63,888 nt of DNA, filler included, from Trichosphaerium sp. ATCC 40318 (GCA_038496445.1; 3 parts of 3 records of this genome joined end to end with filler, not necessarily neighbours in it), one strand, 5' to 3'; positions 29,722 to 42,805 are shown, counted from the whole stretch's first letter. The notes: generated by a model not told the origin, from the sequence alone. Translations and numbers: made by a program.

Positions 29722-30302
29722 TTAACAAGTATGTGTTACATCAATGCCATCAATGAACCAGCGAGCATTGCAACCACCTACTCAGAATTTAGATTTACAT
29801 CGAAACAAAAAATAACAAAGGTACATACCGCAAAGATCAGAGATGCAGCACGCTTTAGCATTTCTACATGTAGCATGTTCACAAGGATCGACGAAGCAGT
29901 GAGCGATGCCATTGTTACAAGGACAAGTGCAGTCCACTGGATGACCGTCAATTTGGTAGTTGAATGTGCCTACCAAAGAGTTAGATTGATTTAGTGTCTG
30001 ATTGCTTTTTGAGCGATTAGGGCAATAAAGGGCGTACAAGGTGTGTCTACACAATATCTATCACAGCACTGGGCTTGTGGGTATCTTTGGCAAGCTTCGG
30101 CGAAAGTACATGGCTGAATAAAGCAAGGTGTTGTTGGAGTGCAGTCACGTGTTACACATTTTCCTGCTGGGCATCTCCTTGGTTGGGCAGTGGCGCCTAT
30201 TGAAGATATATAAGCCAAGCCTTTCCTGTAGATAATTTAAATTATCAGAAGCGTACTAAGGGCCAAAAGAACAAAGATTGTAATAGAGAGGAGAAGCTGC
30301 AT
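29722..30302 (-). CDS. Small secreted cysteine-rich protein with two C-F-x-x-P-C repeats
   Basis: Leader MQLLLSITIFVLLAL; PCFIQPCTFAEACQRYPQAQCCDRYC and HCFVDPCEHATCRNAKACCISDLCGGCNARWFIDG; short introns. Confidence 0.7.
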
Positions 30303-30799
30303 CGAATAGGGAACGGGTTGAATATGGACTTATTTTTCTTAACATAAACCAAGGTTTAGTAGTTCACTCATTTGTTGAAAAAAAATGCACAATGCATTTT
30401 TTTAAAGGTTTTAACTTTCGCTCGGAATATTAGAAGATCACCGTTATTGTACCTCAAACACTATGGTAGGCAGAAACTTGAAATAAAAGAAAGTTAAGAT
30501 AACTTAAAAAGAGTCATTGTCTTTTTGTTTGGGCAAGTTACGTTTTCAAGTCACGTGATTATTGATTAATTGTTTATTTTCTTTTTGTTGCGGGTGAATT
30601 GTTACTGTATTAATCCGCCGCAGCTTTGTTTCACAAAAAGCAAGACAAAGGGAACAGATGTTAAACCAGGGCTAATGTTTGTTGAGTTGACAATTTGTTG
30701 CGAAGTATTATTGCTTCCAAAACTATCCAGTACGTTGGTGAAGTGTAGCTCTCTCTAGAAAAGTTCACAAATAGGAAAGAAATACAATCACTCAAACTT

Positions 30800-31165
30800 T
30801 ATTCGACAAGACAACTCACGTACGCCAGCCAATGCCTTGACACCCTCATCTGATATTCCTTTACAACTGTACAAGTTGATTTTATAGGCATCTGCTAGTA
30901 ACTTGATGCTCTCAGCTGTTACATTGGTAGAAGAAATCAATTGTATGTACACCAGCTAATGCCTTGACACCTTCATCTGTTATTTCTCTACAAGACGATA
31001 AATTAATATCATGAACACCAGCAACTGCTTTAATTGCATCATCTGTTACAGAATAGCAGGCAAAAAATCAATTGTGTACGCCAGCTAGTGCCTTGACACC
31101 TGATATACTGCAACATGTCAGTTTGATAGTATGAACGCCAGCCAATGCTTTGATCCTTTCATTTG
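30800..31165 (-). pseudogene. Decayed GVHTI-type LRR relic
   Basis: Fragments ALAGVHTIKL, AVAGVHDINLSSCREITDEGVKALAG and KINLYSCKGISDEGVKALAGV interrupted by frameshifts. Confidence 0.75.
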
Positions 31166-31689
31166 TTATTTCAGTATTATACCATTTCAAGCTATTACAA
31201 TTTGTTACCAAGCGTTGTTTAACACCTATTGTAGCGTTCAGAGAAATACGACTTTTTGCGACATTTTAACAGTGAATGATGGTTGGAACAGCTCTCCAAA
31301 CAGGTTATAACACTTCAAATTAAGTATTGTGTACATATGACAATAAAACATTGTCTATGTCGGACTAAAGTAAGCGTAATGCTGCTAGTTTCGTAATTAG
31401 TGGTACAAGAACAGTTCCCACTATGTCGATATTAATGAATGTAAACAAGTCTCAATATTGAAATAACGTATATTGTGTTTGTCAGCCATACACAGCATTT
31501 TAAAATGGTTCCTAAGTGAACCTGTGAACTCTATAATACTGGTGGGCTGTTGGCTATCACGGACGTAGCTTTACATAGCACGTGAATAGTGTAGGCTAGG
31601 TTAAATTTGATTTTGTATGATACCAAATTAAGAAACTCGCGTAGACAAATAAAAGGAGAAAATAACGAGAATTGTTGGCTACCAACATT

Positions 31690-32400
31690 TTAAGCAGCTT
31701 TCCTCATCTTTGGGTTCTCCGTTTGTTTAAATTTTTCAAGTTGCTCTTTCAGCGCCTTGTTTTCTGTACTCGAAATAATATTTGCTTAGGTACGTACGCA
31801 TTCTTTTCGTTTCTGCGATATGTCGTCTGCGAGCTATCATTTCTAAATAAATATGATTATTTTCGTTCGCAACTTGTTACAACGAGTACCTTCTTTGTGG
31901 TGTCTTATCACGTGGTTGTGGATTATTTACTTGGCTGCCCAAAGTTAAACAAAGTTGCTACAAATTTTGACGTAGCAATAACGAGCAGGTTCATCATGTG
32001 CTCCCAACGTGTGTTTTCTACAGCACAAGTAAGGGTAGTAGACGCAATCAAACGTATAGAGTGTTATTCATTCTTGATTGGTTTGCCCACACACGAGGTT
32101 TAGCGCCTAAACAAAGCTAGTTAGCTTTACCTGACAATCGTTCAATCGAAAGTTGGCGGCTAGGAGTCAAGTAGTAAGCGTGTATCTGGTACCCCACTGA
32201 CGGTTTTGAGGATGCTTGCAGGGATGGTTCCTAAATATCATAAGTACTTTTACACATCTTTTTGAAAAAGTTTAGCGAAACATCTTCTACTTTCGCTAAA
32301 AATAAAAGTCAACTTTAATAATCATATTCGCTCGTTTCACCTTGTTCGTTGAACTATTTACAGTGTAACTAACTCTTGTACAACATTCTTGTTGGATTAT
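31690..32400 (-). CDS. Hypothetical gene divergent from the Roco gene
   Basis: Terminal exon ANIISSTENKALKEQLEKFKQTENPKMRKAA* and GT-AG-bounded upstream pieces; structure unresolved. Confidence 0.3.
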
Positions 32401-32549
32401 TCTACAAATACGAGACGATTATTGGCTATTGAACCGGTATTGTTATTTAATAGCACTTTCTTTGCGCTTGCAGTGGTTTAAGCTTAACTTTTCTGTTTTA
32501 GTTCGAAAATATCTCGAACTCGGTTTAATCTACCGTTCTGCGTTTAAAT

Positions 32550-35500
32550 ATGGCCAACACTGATAGTACAGACAACGGTAAGTGAAACTCCTAAATTTTC
32601 AGCTACACAATTTTTTTTTTTGTTTGTCACGTGACATTACGATTTTCATGAGAAACGTTTCCGCTTCAAAGGCGTGGGTTTCCCAGGAACACACTTTTTG
32701 CGCAAGAAAAATTCACTTGAGAGCGTTTTTTCGCACACAATTTTGTCATGAGATTGCTGTCGCTAAAACAAACAAAGTGTTTGGTTTAGTATGTCTGTGC
32801 GTAGGCAAGGCAACCCACGCATTATCAAATCTTTTCGGGTGAAAGGCTTTTGATAAGTCCAAAGAAGTTTGCTCTCCCTAAAAAAAACCAATTAAAAACT
32901 TTGTTTGGCATCATTGTGCATAGAGGATGCTACATAGGTATTATTTCAACTTTTTGCACGTGAGTCACAAGAAAACTCATACTTTTTTCGTGATTTATTC
33001 AAGCCCAAAAGATTACTCTTTACTTTGTTGTGCTTATTGTACTTATTGTACTCACAAAGGTTTGGATATAAGAGAAGAGTACGAACTAGGAGGCCATCTC
33101 AGATATAGAGGAGAGGTAAAGAATGGTAAGCGCGACGGTTTTGGCGAGCTGTATTATATAAAAGGTACTGTTGAAATCAAACAAGGCTATTCATGGCTAG
33201 AACATAGTAATGGTATACACTACAAGGGTCAGTTTAAGGAAAATAAGTATCATGGTGATGGTGAGCTTTATCTAGAAGATGGTACTCTCAAATACAAAGG
33301 TCAGTTTAAGGACGATAAGTATCATGGTGATGGTGAGCTTTATTGGGAAGATGGTACTCTACAATACAAGGGTCAGTTTAAGGAAAATAAGTATCATGGT
33401 GATGGTGAGCTTTATCTAGAAGATGGTACTCTCAAATACAAAGGTCAGTTTAAGGACAATGAGTATCAAGGTAATGGTGAGCTTTATTACCCAGATGGTA
33501 CTCTACAATACAAAGGTCAATTTAAGTACAATGAGTATCAAGGTAATGGTGAGCTTTATTACCCAGATGGTACTCTACGATACAAAGGACAATTTTTGTA
33601 CAACCAGTATAAGGGTGTTGGAGTGTATTTTTATCAAAATGGTACCAAGTACATTGGGCAATTTGACTACAACAAGTTCCATGGTATTGGTGAGAAGTAT
33701 TGGGCTGATGGTCGTAAATACACTGGTGATTTTGTGAATGCTAAGGCAGTAGGTAAAACACAGAAAAGTATTGCTGGAAAACCAGACCAGGTAGCCTTTT
33801 CTAACAATATGGATACAACATTCTATGAAGAATTCTTGTTCCCTAGCAATGATGTACAAGAAGATATAACACCAGTTACTGTGTGTTCTGATGACATGAA
33901 AAACAAGAATTCTCTACGAGATCTCAGAAAATTGTTTCCAAATAATAATATCGTCGATATCGATTTGCTAACTAGAAAAGGTACTACAAGACATTTGGCA
34001 AAAAGAATTGTGTACGACTTTTATTCTAAAAGACAGTACCAAACCTTCAAAGTACTTTGAAGAAACATCAAGATAGATCTGAATCAGGTCATTTCAATGA
34101 TATTGTATTTATCTATGACGTTTGTAAAAAAGATCCAGAGATATCACTTCATGAAGGTGCGGTGTCTTTTGTACCACTACCTTTATACTTATTGATTATT
34201 TAAATAGTGACAACTATGGCACGTGGCCTTTCTGGAGTACGTGTGATACCCATAAAAAAGGGCAAAATATCAGACAAAATGATTCAACAGTTTAAACACA
34301 TTTATTGGTATACCCTCAGCAAAAAGGCTATTTTAATGAGACATCACATTGGTGATGGAGTGAGCCATAGCAAATATGATTTTGTTGAGCAATTAGAAGC
34401 CAAAATAATGGTTGTAGGCCATGAAGGATCAGGTATTTTATCAAAGTTGGATGACTGATACTAAATATGTACTAGGTAAGACAACGCTTGTGAGGACATT
34501 GGCAAAGGAAGCAAATAGAACTGCAGATTCAACAATTGGTTTTGATACATCACATCTCTCGTATGTTCTACACTTGTAGCACCATGGGTTTAAAGTGTTT
34601 TAGGTTCCATGGCGTATCATTCACGGTGTTAGACTTTGCTGGACAGACAGAATATAAAGGGTTGCATAAATACTTTTTGGCAAAGCAACTTACCATTTAC
34701 ATCATCGTTGTAAGTTCATAGTGCACTAATATCACTTGTTTCCTTATAATTCATTAACTTTAGATTGACTTGTCAATATCAATCAAAGAGCAACAGGAGC
34801 ACCTCAAATATTGGTGTCGGGCTTTAAATGAGATACTACATGATCAAGACCCAGAGCTATACTCAGTGATTGTATTTGGATCCAAGTTGGATATCTTTTT
34901 AGGCGATATCAAGGCCAATAAACAATCACTACTCCCTATTGGACCAATGCTAGTACAGTACTTGTGCTTAGACGGTACCACCTTTATAACTTCTTAAAAT
35001 CTCTCATCCTTGTTGTTTAGGAACAACTGCTCTTGTCAAATTATTGGATCAACAAGCCAAGCACTTGAGGGCCCAATATCCAAAAGTACCATTGATCTAC
35101 AAAGACATAAAAAAAGCACTTGAGAATACAACCAAGGATACCCTAAAGGGTAACATCATATCAGTGTGCGTTGTGTGTTAGCATAGTGGGTCTTGCTTTT
35201 GCTGATCAAATATTTAATTAGGAGGAAAGTATTAGACGTAATACCCAAGACGTGTAAAATGTCTCCAATAGAGTTGGTTGCAGCATTGAATTACCTTCAT
35301 TCTATTGGTAGCATTATGTTTGACGAGGTGTGTTTCTCAAATGAGTATGCTTAAACAACTGACTTTTCTGTGTTTAGTCTTCGTACATGCTATGTTTGAA
35401 CCCTCCTATTCTATCTCGTATCATGAGTGCATTTTTAGCACCCAAAGAACATCTTGATAGATTGATCAAAAACAACACTCACAATCATCGTGCCGTATTC

Positions 35501-38331
35501 ACTGACTCAGAAGCTAAATCTCGGATCTCAAAGCTATTTCCAAAATGCAATAAACGAAGTGAAGCAGGTGATGAACTTTTTGGTACAAATGTCGTTCTGC
35601 GTTCGCCTGACAGAAGAAGAAAAGGTAACAGATAGTGTGAACTCTACAACTCATTGTCAATGTATTTATTCAGGTTGTATATGGCACTGATGGATACCTT
35701 ATTATATCGCTATTACCTAAAGCTGATATGTTTTACTTTCCTCCATTGACCCATAAGGAACACAGTATTACGTTAGTTCAGACAAAGAACAAGAACCCAC
35801 ATGAGTTACCACAAGTATTCTCATTATCTAAATCACCAACAGAGTGGAAGATATTATCGTACACACCTACAACAGACTCTAAAGTTGCACATAAAGTGGT
35901 AGAAACAGTCACCATAAACAAGGAAACCAATAAAATAGTACGGCGTATTTCGTATTCCATAACAATCAAACTAACAATATCACGTGTTAGTCACTACCTG
36001 ATGAATATGAGGTCATACCACATGTTTCAAAGTTCTTGGCATACACCTTTAACTCGCGAGATCTACCTGTAGACGTATTTAATGACTTGCAGAGAAGACT
36101 GAGAAGTACGACAACATGAACGGTTTAAGATAAGATACTAAACGCTAAAAATAGTTCCAAAACACAGAGTTTCGTTTGTTTTCAAACTTGATTGTACTCT
36201 CTGATTTCTATGGCAATATCATCACATTATATTATGTTGATCATAGCATCAAAATTGTCATTAGAGGCATAGCACCCCGGCTATGGATGGTAATAACATG
36301 AAATAGAAGTTTAAACATTGACATATTGTAGGAATCTCTTGATACATACTTAAAACCTTTGGACCTCACTCCAGTTTCGCTATGTCCAGTCAGCATACAA
36401 TTTAGACAGTTTGTTGAGGTTACAAACAATTCATATGAGTGCAAGAAGACAAGTGAGTGTATTAGGCATACATTTATACGCGTGTAGTTGTCATACATTA
36501 CAACTAGATTGGCATATTTCCAAGTTAACAAACTGATCATTTCTTAGACCATGTTGTCACTGAGAGTCATTTAAAAGAAGGATTTCCTGTACTCAAACAT
36601 GCGCAACATAATCTATGGGGTAGCTTGCACGGAGAAAGATTTCTTAAAATAGGTGACTGGGAAACACCTCAAAAGTATCCTGGGTTACGAATCACATTTC
36701 TCACAAAAGATGAAAAAAACAAAGTACAAACCACATTTGCATACCATGACTTTCTTACTAAAGCATTGATAAGGAACGTTATGATGAGTATTTGAGAGCT
36801 AGCACCATGTTTTATGAGTTCATGGGAACTGACAGTGCTTCATTTTACGAGTTGGAGAAGATTGCGTTCTTGAACAATCCAAAACTTGAAGACAAATTCG
36901 AGGAGCAATACAATATTTTTGTCAAGAAAGTACTTCAATCTAAAAAATCAGGCAAGTCACACCCTTGGTCAGCTTTTTCTAATAGTATAGATGTGAATGA
37001 CGATTTTACTGTGGATGAAAATACACGTAAATTACAAGAACGGACTTTGAATCATTTGAAGAGCTATGTGATGCGTGTTTCAGGCAATGAGCAAATCAAC
37101 CTCATACGTGGATTACACGGTACATCAGAGGTATCATATTTATTCTCATTACTACCAAGAAATAGTTAACCTTAGATTTTAGGATTCTAGTTTTAAGATC
37201 GCTTGGAGCAACTTTAGAGAACCACACGAGAATACAAAAAAGAAAGATCCAGGATACTTTGGTATGGCTTAGTAACAAGTTAGTAAAATTAACTAAAATT
37301 ACAAAAGGAGATGGTATTTACTTCACTCAATACCCTGATTGTGGTAAGTCATAATACTATCAAAGATACCCTCCCAACTCAACCAATTGGTATTGAATTA
37401 ACAAAGGAGGTAGGAAGGAAGTATGCTGAATGGGATAAAAAGGAGAAGAATCCGTGCATGTTAATATCATGGATAATGATGGGAAAACCTTATCCAGCGA
37501 CAGAACAACCAGTGCCGGGAGATCCTAAAAGTCTTCTTGGAAAAGAATGCAAGGTACAACTCTTTTTTTCTTTGTGACTTCTTATTGTTTTGTTTTCAGA
37601 AAGGTTATGATTCTCACTATGTACTCACTAAATCAACAACTGGGAAACCATGTGGCATTGATGATAAAATAGATCAAAACGAGATTGTTGTATTTTCAAA
37701 AAACCAAGTATGTAGACATCACCACTTAGTCTTTCTACTATTATTCAACAATGTTCTTATTTAATGATTTAGATTCTTCCACGATACCTTGTGTACTACA
37801 AAGCAATAGACAGTACCAATATCAAGCTATATGAGACATATGACCTCAAGTACAGGGATGCTAAATGTCTTGTTTTGTGGGTTGATGGTAATCTATCAGT
37901 TGAAAACAAGAAGATAATGGAAATGCTTAAAAACAGGCCAAAGAAGACAGAGGTACACAAGCCGAATAAAGCCATTCATCTAAAGAACTACAAAGGTATT
38001 GGTAATGAAGTCATCGTCTGAGGTTTTGGGATGGATTAATAACTTCAAAGGGTTCTGTAACAACAGATTACGTATCATCACAAATAGATATCGAAAAGGT
38101 GATGGAGATGAGCTAGCAGCAGAGAAGTTGATCAAGAGCATTAGAAAAATCAAAACATGTGCCAAAACACCTATTATTGTTTTTTGTGGTATGTCAACTA
38201 CCCTTTATTAATCACGTGATTTTTTGTTAACGCATTGTTTGTTAGGAGACACGTCAAAGGTAAAATACCTCAAGAAAAAATACAAGAAGGTATCCATCAC
38301 GAATAAAGTTCAAGATGTATTGGAGATTTAG
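32550..38331 (+). CDS. MORN-repeat / ROC-COR (Roco) GTPase / PARP-like ADP-ribosyltransferase / pseudo-receiver multidomain protein
   Basis: ATG at 32550, intron 32578-33059; MORN repeats; ROC KIMVVGHEGS|GKTT, STIGFD, LDFAGQTEY, FGSKLD; COR-like LNYLHSIGSI..LCLNPPILSRIM; ART RGLHGT, PGYFG|DGIYFTQYP, GYDSHYV, NEIVVFSKNQ|ILPRYLVYY; REC-like LVLWVDGN..RIITNRYR..TPIIVFC; stop at 38331. Confidence 0.8.
33221..33620 (+). repeat. Tandem 72-bp coding repeats (MORN), near-identical
   Basis: Unit TACAAGGGTCAGTTTAAGGA...GATGGTACTCTCAAA; units 33221-33292 and 33365-33436 are identical. Confidence 0.95.
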
Positions 38332-39917
38332 GAATGTAAGAATAGCTTACATCTTTCCTCAACAGTTTACTATTACGCAAGTTATGTAGTTCAGACATTG
38401 CTTCTTGCTTCTACTGGCAATGGTATAAGTGCTATAATAAATTCAGGAAACTTGTGCATCAACGGTTTTTTTCCCAAAAATAATTTCAAAGACACAATTG
38501 ACATGACAAAAAAAATTCTTGTCACGCGACATCGCAAAAATGACGTTTACCTCATTTGGTCAACGTGTTTTGTTGACTGGTTCGAGCTACTATTTTATGA
38601 CATTTAATGCTTTGCAATAGTGGAAGAAGAAGTATGGCAGCGTTTACACCTTGTCTGTGTTCCATTATGAATTCGTAAAGTTACACTTCAGCGTCCTGCA
38701 GTTTTCAATAACTTTCTCTTTGACAACATGAAAGCGGTAATCCGATACTTAGTGCGATGTATCTTATATGTTTATAGGAGCTTAGATTGAATAAAGGACT
38801 TGGGACATCATATGGACAAGAATACAAAGACCTAAAGAGAGTGATCGCACCAAAGTTTACAAACAACGCAATACAAAAACAGTTCGCAACAAACAAGTTG
38901 AAACATGAACGTGCCTTATGCTCTCCAAGTTAATGAATAAGATAAAAAAGAGATCCAATAGTCCGATATCTTATTGGCATATCCATTCTTCAAACCAAAA
39001 GTGCGTGATGTCTAGTTATACTTCATTGTCTTGCGCAGTGACTATTGAAGTTATTGGTACAAGTTGCCTAAAATACCAAATTCTTAATCCCTTTTTATTC
39101 TTTGATTGCATCTTCTCTTCGGATTATCACCCACCCACCATCCCGACTAAATTACGAAATACGATTATTTCATAAAGTGCTATTGATGTAGAGTGCATAT
39201 TGTATAGTTAATTGTAGCTTTTTCATAGACACCTGAAAATAAACTGACTTAATCTGAATTGTCTGTTTTTTGATACTTGCAATAATACTGTAGGAAAACA
39301 AAAAAAGGAGCGAACAAACAATCACAAAGACATCGAAGATAAAGTAAGATTCTTTCGCCTCACAAGAAATAGCACTTCTTTAGAGTGAGATATAAGCTCG
39401 TCTTCAGCTTACAAAAAACGGTAGGTGTTGATGCATTGCAAGACAAGTTAACAACGGAGAATATGTCTGCGAATCTGAAACAACAAAAACTACTGCATTG
39501 TACAAGCAATGATGAGGCAAATGCGCTGGATTGAGATTTTCACGTGCCTATCTTTAGGCCGTGGTTAGAATATCAGCTTTGGTCCTCTACTTCAAGGTTA
39601 CCTTTACAGTAGCTCCTGTTGAAGTACCAAATTTTGTAAAAAAGGCGATACTATTTATTCGCTGACATACAAGGGTGCCTAATTTGTCTTCTAGTAAGTA
39701 CATTCAACTCATGAGGTGGCAACAAGGTCCACGTGACTATCTTTTTAATAGGAAAATTTAGTTTGCAATGTACTCAGTCATGATACCGAAGGATTGTAAC
39801 TATCACATTGCCCTTTATGTACAAGGAGAAAACCAACAAGATTAGAGGAAAACATAAATATTTAGTTACTTTGTTCAAGTTCTGGAAGTAAAACGACAAA
39901 TTTATAACATCAAACTT

Positions 39918-40385
39918 TATTGTAGTTTGCAACAATTGGTATGAGCGCCAATGCCACGGCCTACAGCTATACCAATGTATATCGCTTATTCGCATTCATA
40001 GCGGGTAGCTCTAGGAACGCCACCTAACCACATGGTACCATCGTAGTTATTACATCTTCCGGCGCTAGGTGTTCGCTTATTGCATCGTCTACCACAGTTT
40101 TTCTTGCCTTGTATGCTGTAGTACTAAGCTTTGAATTGAGTGGAAAGTTGAAAGTGTATGGGATGAACAACTACGTACGTAAGCGTAATTGTCTTTAGGG
40201 CAAGATCCCCAAAGGTCAGCGCAATAAGTTCCCGAACCTCCGTTAGTTTTTTCATACAATTTTGAGCACCATTTGGCTATGCACGCTTCCGCCTCTTCGT
40301 CATTTCCTGATACTGGACATGCGAACATGAAAACTACAAAAATAATAGCCAAGGATAGCGTAGGTATTAAAGAAAAGTTGCTCAT
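39918..40385 (-). CDS. Small secreted cysteine-rich protein
   Basis: Signal peptide MSNFSLIPTLSLAIIFVVFMFACPVSG, then ACIAKWC..YCADLWGSCP; probable further exon RCNKRTPSAGRCNNY; 3' end approximate. Confidence 0.55.
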
Positions 40386-41054
40386 TGTGGGATTAATCCT
40401 TATTTTTAGATTTGAACAAATGGTGTGATTTTTTATCAAATTTATTCTCAGTAGTTTGTCCGATAAATCCCCGATTTCACATAACTTCAACAACTTGAAT
40501 GAAACCATTGGTTAGCTTCCAACATACCATGGTTAATAATGAACGCCAAAACAAGGGTTCAAAATTAGGGTTCAGTTAATACTCATAACACGAGACAAAG
40601 TGGAGCGGTGGAAATGTTGCAAAGTAGTCTATTACTCCAGGATAGAGATTTATCCAGTTTTTGTGCAATTGAGTGTGTCCGATGAATCTCGCTATCACGT
40701 AACTACACGATGAACTCGAGAAATACCCGCCGTCTTAGAGCTGTCTTTTTCAATAAACACAAAGGCTGGCTTACATACAGGTGTTTCTTGAGCCTCGTGT
40801 AACTTAGTGAAAATTGTGAGCTAGAAAAAATACTGTATCACGTGGCCGAAGGTGTTATTTAAAAAGCTGAAAAAGTTACGTTTGGTATTAATAGTAGTAA
40901 TTTCACTATGATAGGCTTGCAATTTAAAGCAAAGCATTGGCAATATTTCTACTATTCTACTAAAATTACTGTTCAACGTTTCAATAGATAACAGCGCTGA
41001 TTATGTCATTATCAGAGCACTGATAGGTCTCTTATGTGTACTTACAGTTGATTA

Positions 41055-41690
41055 CTGCAATGAAGACGTCCAAATTTTTAGCCAAAGACTTTGAAATTGA
41101 GTACCCGCTGAACTTTTTACGGGAAGAAACTGCATCATAACTAGCCATTTGAGAAGGATTTCAAGACCCCCTTGTAGTAAGAGTTAGCATACAGGTAACA
41201 GAAAAACAACATTACCAGTGTGAAAATAAACGAGGCCATCATCCTTTAATGTATTCCAGTTGTCACATATAGCACGCCATACCTTAGTAGATATATCAAG
41301 TCTATTTCTAACTCTTGTGTATACTATATCATAAATCTCCTTCAAGTATTTATGAGGCTTTGAAGCTTCTTCTCTCTCAAAGTGTTCAAAGTGGCTGGGA
41401 AATCATTGCCTATTATGCATTAACACAAACGTCTTGCTTGTGAATAACGTACCAAGTACAGACATCTGCTCTGTTAGGTAATCTTCTGTACCCAAAGTTG
41501 GTACGGTGTATACTTCGATATCATTGATGTGCTTGTGTAAATAGTACGCTGCAGCAGCAGCAGCTTTGACCTATGAGTTGTTATTTTCTACTTAGTGCGC
41601 ACCAGACGGTAGAACAACGTTAAATTTGCCATTTGATTCGTGCATGTCAATAAACTCTAGAAACTCTTTCGCAAGAGCGAAACGCTTGCA
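41055..41690 (-). pseudogene. C-terminal relic of a PLP-dependent ACC deaminase / D-cysteine desulfhydrase-like gene
   Basis: VVLPSG, AAYYLHKHINDIEVYTVPTLGTEDYLTEQM, ELEIDLIY, LVYFHT|GGLE..NPSQMASY appear in collinear order with introns and frameshifts; N-terminal half not found. Confidence 0.55.
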
Positions 41691-42054
41691 ATAAAACTAA
41701 GAAAAAAACGTAGTACGAGCATACGAGAAAAGTTCAATAATTATTTTCTCACATTTTTCTGCTTCGCGTGAACATCCCCACGTGGTATCCATAAATCATC
41801 TGTTACTTGCTCATGGTTGCACTGGCACGCGTTCTCTGGCTGTGCATTACGGCACTATGTTGTCTTCGAGATAGTTGAAATATCGATAATGCGTGTTCAT
41901 AATATTATTTGAATGCCTGGTTTGTTCTATTATGCAAGGTACGTCACAAACTCTATTTTAAACTTTGCAGAAGCTGCTGAAAGGTAGTCGAATTTCTCGT
42001 CTTTTTAATTTTGTGCTTCATAAGCTGCTTGTATCTGCCAAATCGCTATGCTGG

Positions 42055-42805
42055 TATTGTCTGTTTCATTCAAGTTTTACTAATATTTTCTAGAAAGTGA
42101 ATTTTTAGCACTTTTAGCAGATCTAGCAAGATCTGACACTTCTATCAAATGGTGTAGATCTATGACAATGTGAACTATTTGTGTTACAATGTGGTCCTTC
42201 ATTGTATGACTTAGGTACCTTACGGTAAGTGATAGCAAAATTTTTAATGTAAGTTTCAACATCCCATGGGATGATCGCAGCATTTTACCTACGCAAACTA
42301 TACACAGTACGATCAAACCACAGAAGTCTAAAAGCGAATTAAAAAGGTATGATGTCCTACAAAGCTATCGCATTACCGCCAAACACGGTATGAATGCCTC
42401 AAACACTGTTTGCTGTATGTTTTGCTTCAAAAAATCAACGTATGTGTATAACTTACTAGCGCCTACCCCACGCTAACAGAAGCGCTATGGTAGCATCCAA
42501 GCAGCAATGAAGGTGTAACAACGTCAAAACCGCCCCAAAACACCACCAACGTTGCTATAGGCTTTGTAAACGCCGCTAGGCATCAAATATGTAAATAAAA
42601 AAGTTTGCTCTGGGTTTTGTTAAATCACGTGGGTTTGAAACGGTTGGATTCACTGGACAGGCTTGAGGGTAGATCACATTTAAAAAATGACAATTTGCAA
42701 GATCTGTCAGAAGTGTCAAATCCGTCAGATCTGACAGATCGGGCAGAAACTGGGTTTTTTTGCTAAAGGTCAGTCTGTCTGAAAACTTGAATGAAACAGA
42801 CAATA
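42055..42805. mobile_element. MITE family A copy
   Basis: TATTGTCTGTTTCATTCAAGTTTT ... AAAACTTGAATGAAACAGACAATA; terminal TA; no transposase ORF. Confidence 0.9.

Noticed and set aside
33221-33620. CRISPR-like regularly spaced repeats (also 60300-60720 and the LRR arrays)
   Set aside because: Periods are multiples of 3 (72/75 bp) within open frames, there are no unique spacers and no cas genes; these are protein repeats
42576-42803. ORF with a LSDLTDLT repeat (also 45067-45279)
   Set aside because: Translation of the 9-bp subterminal repeats of the MITE, not a gene
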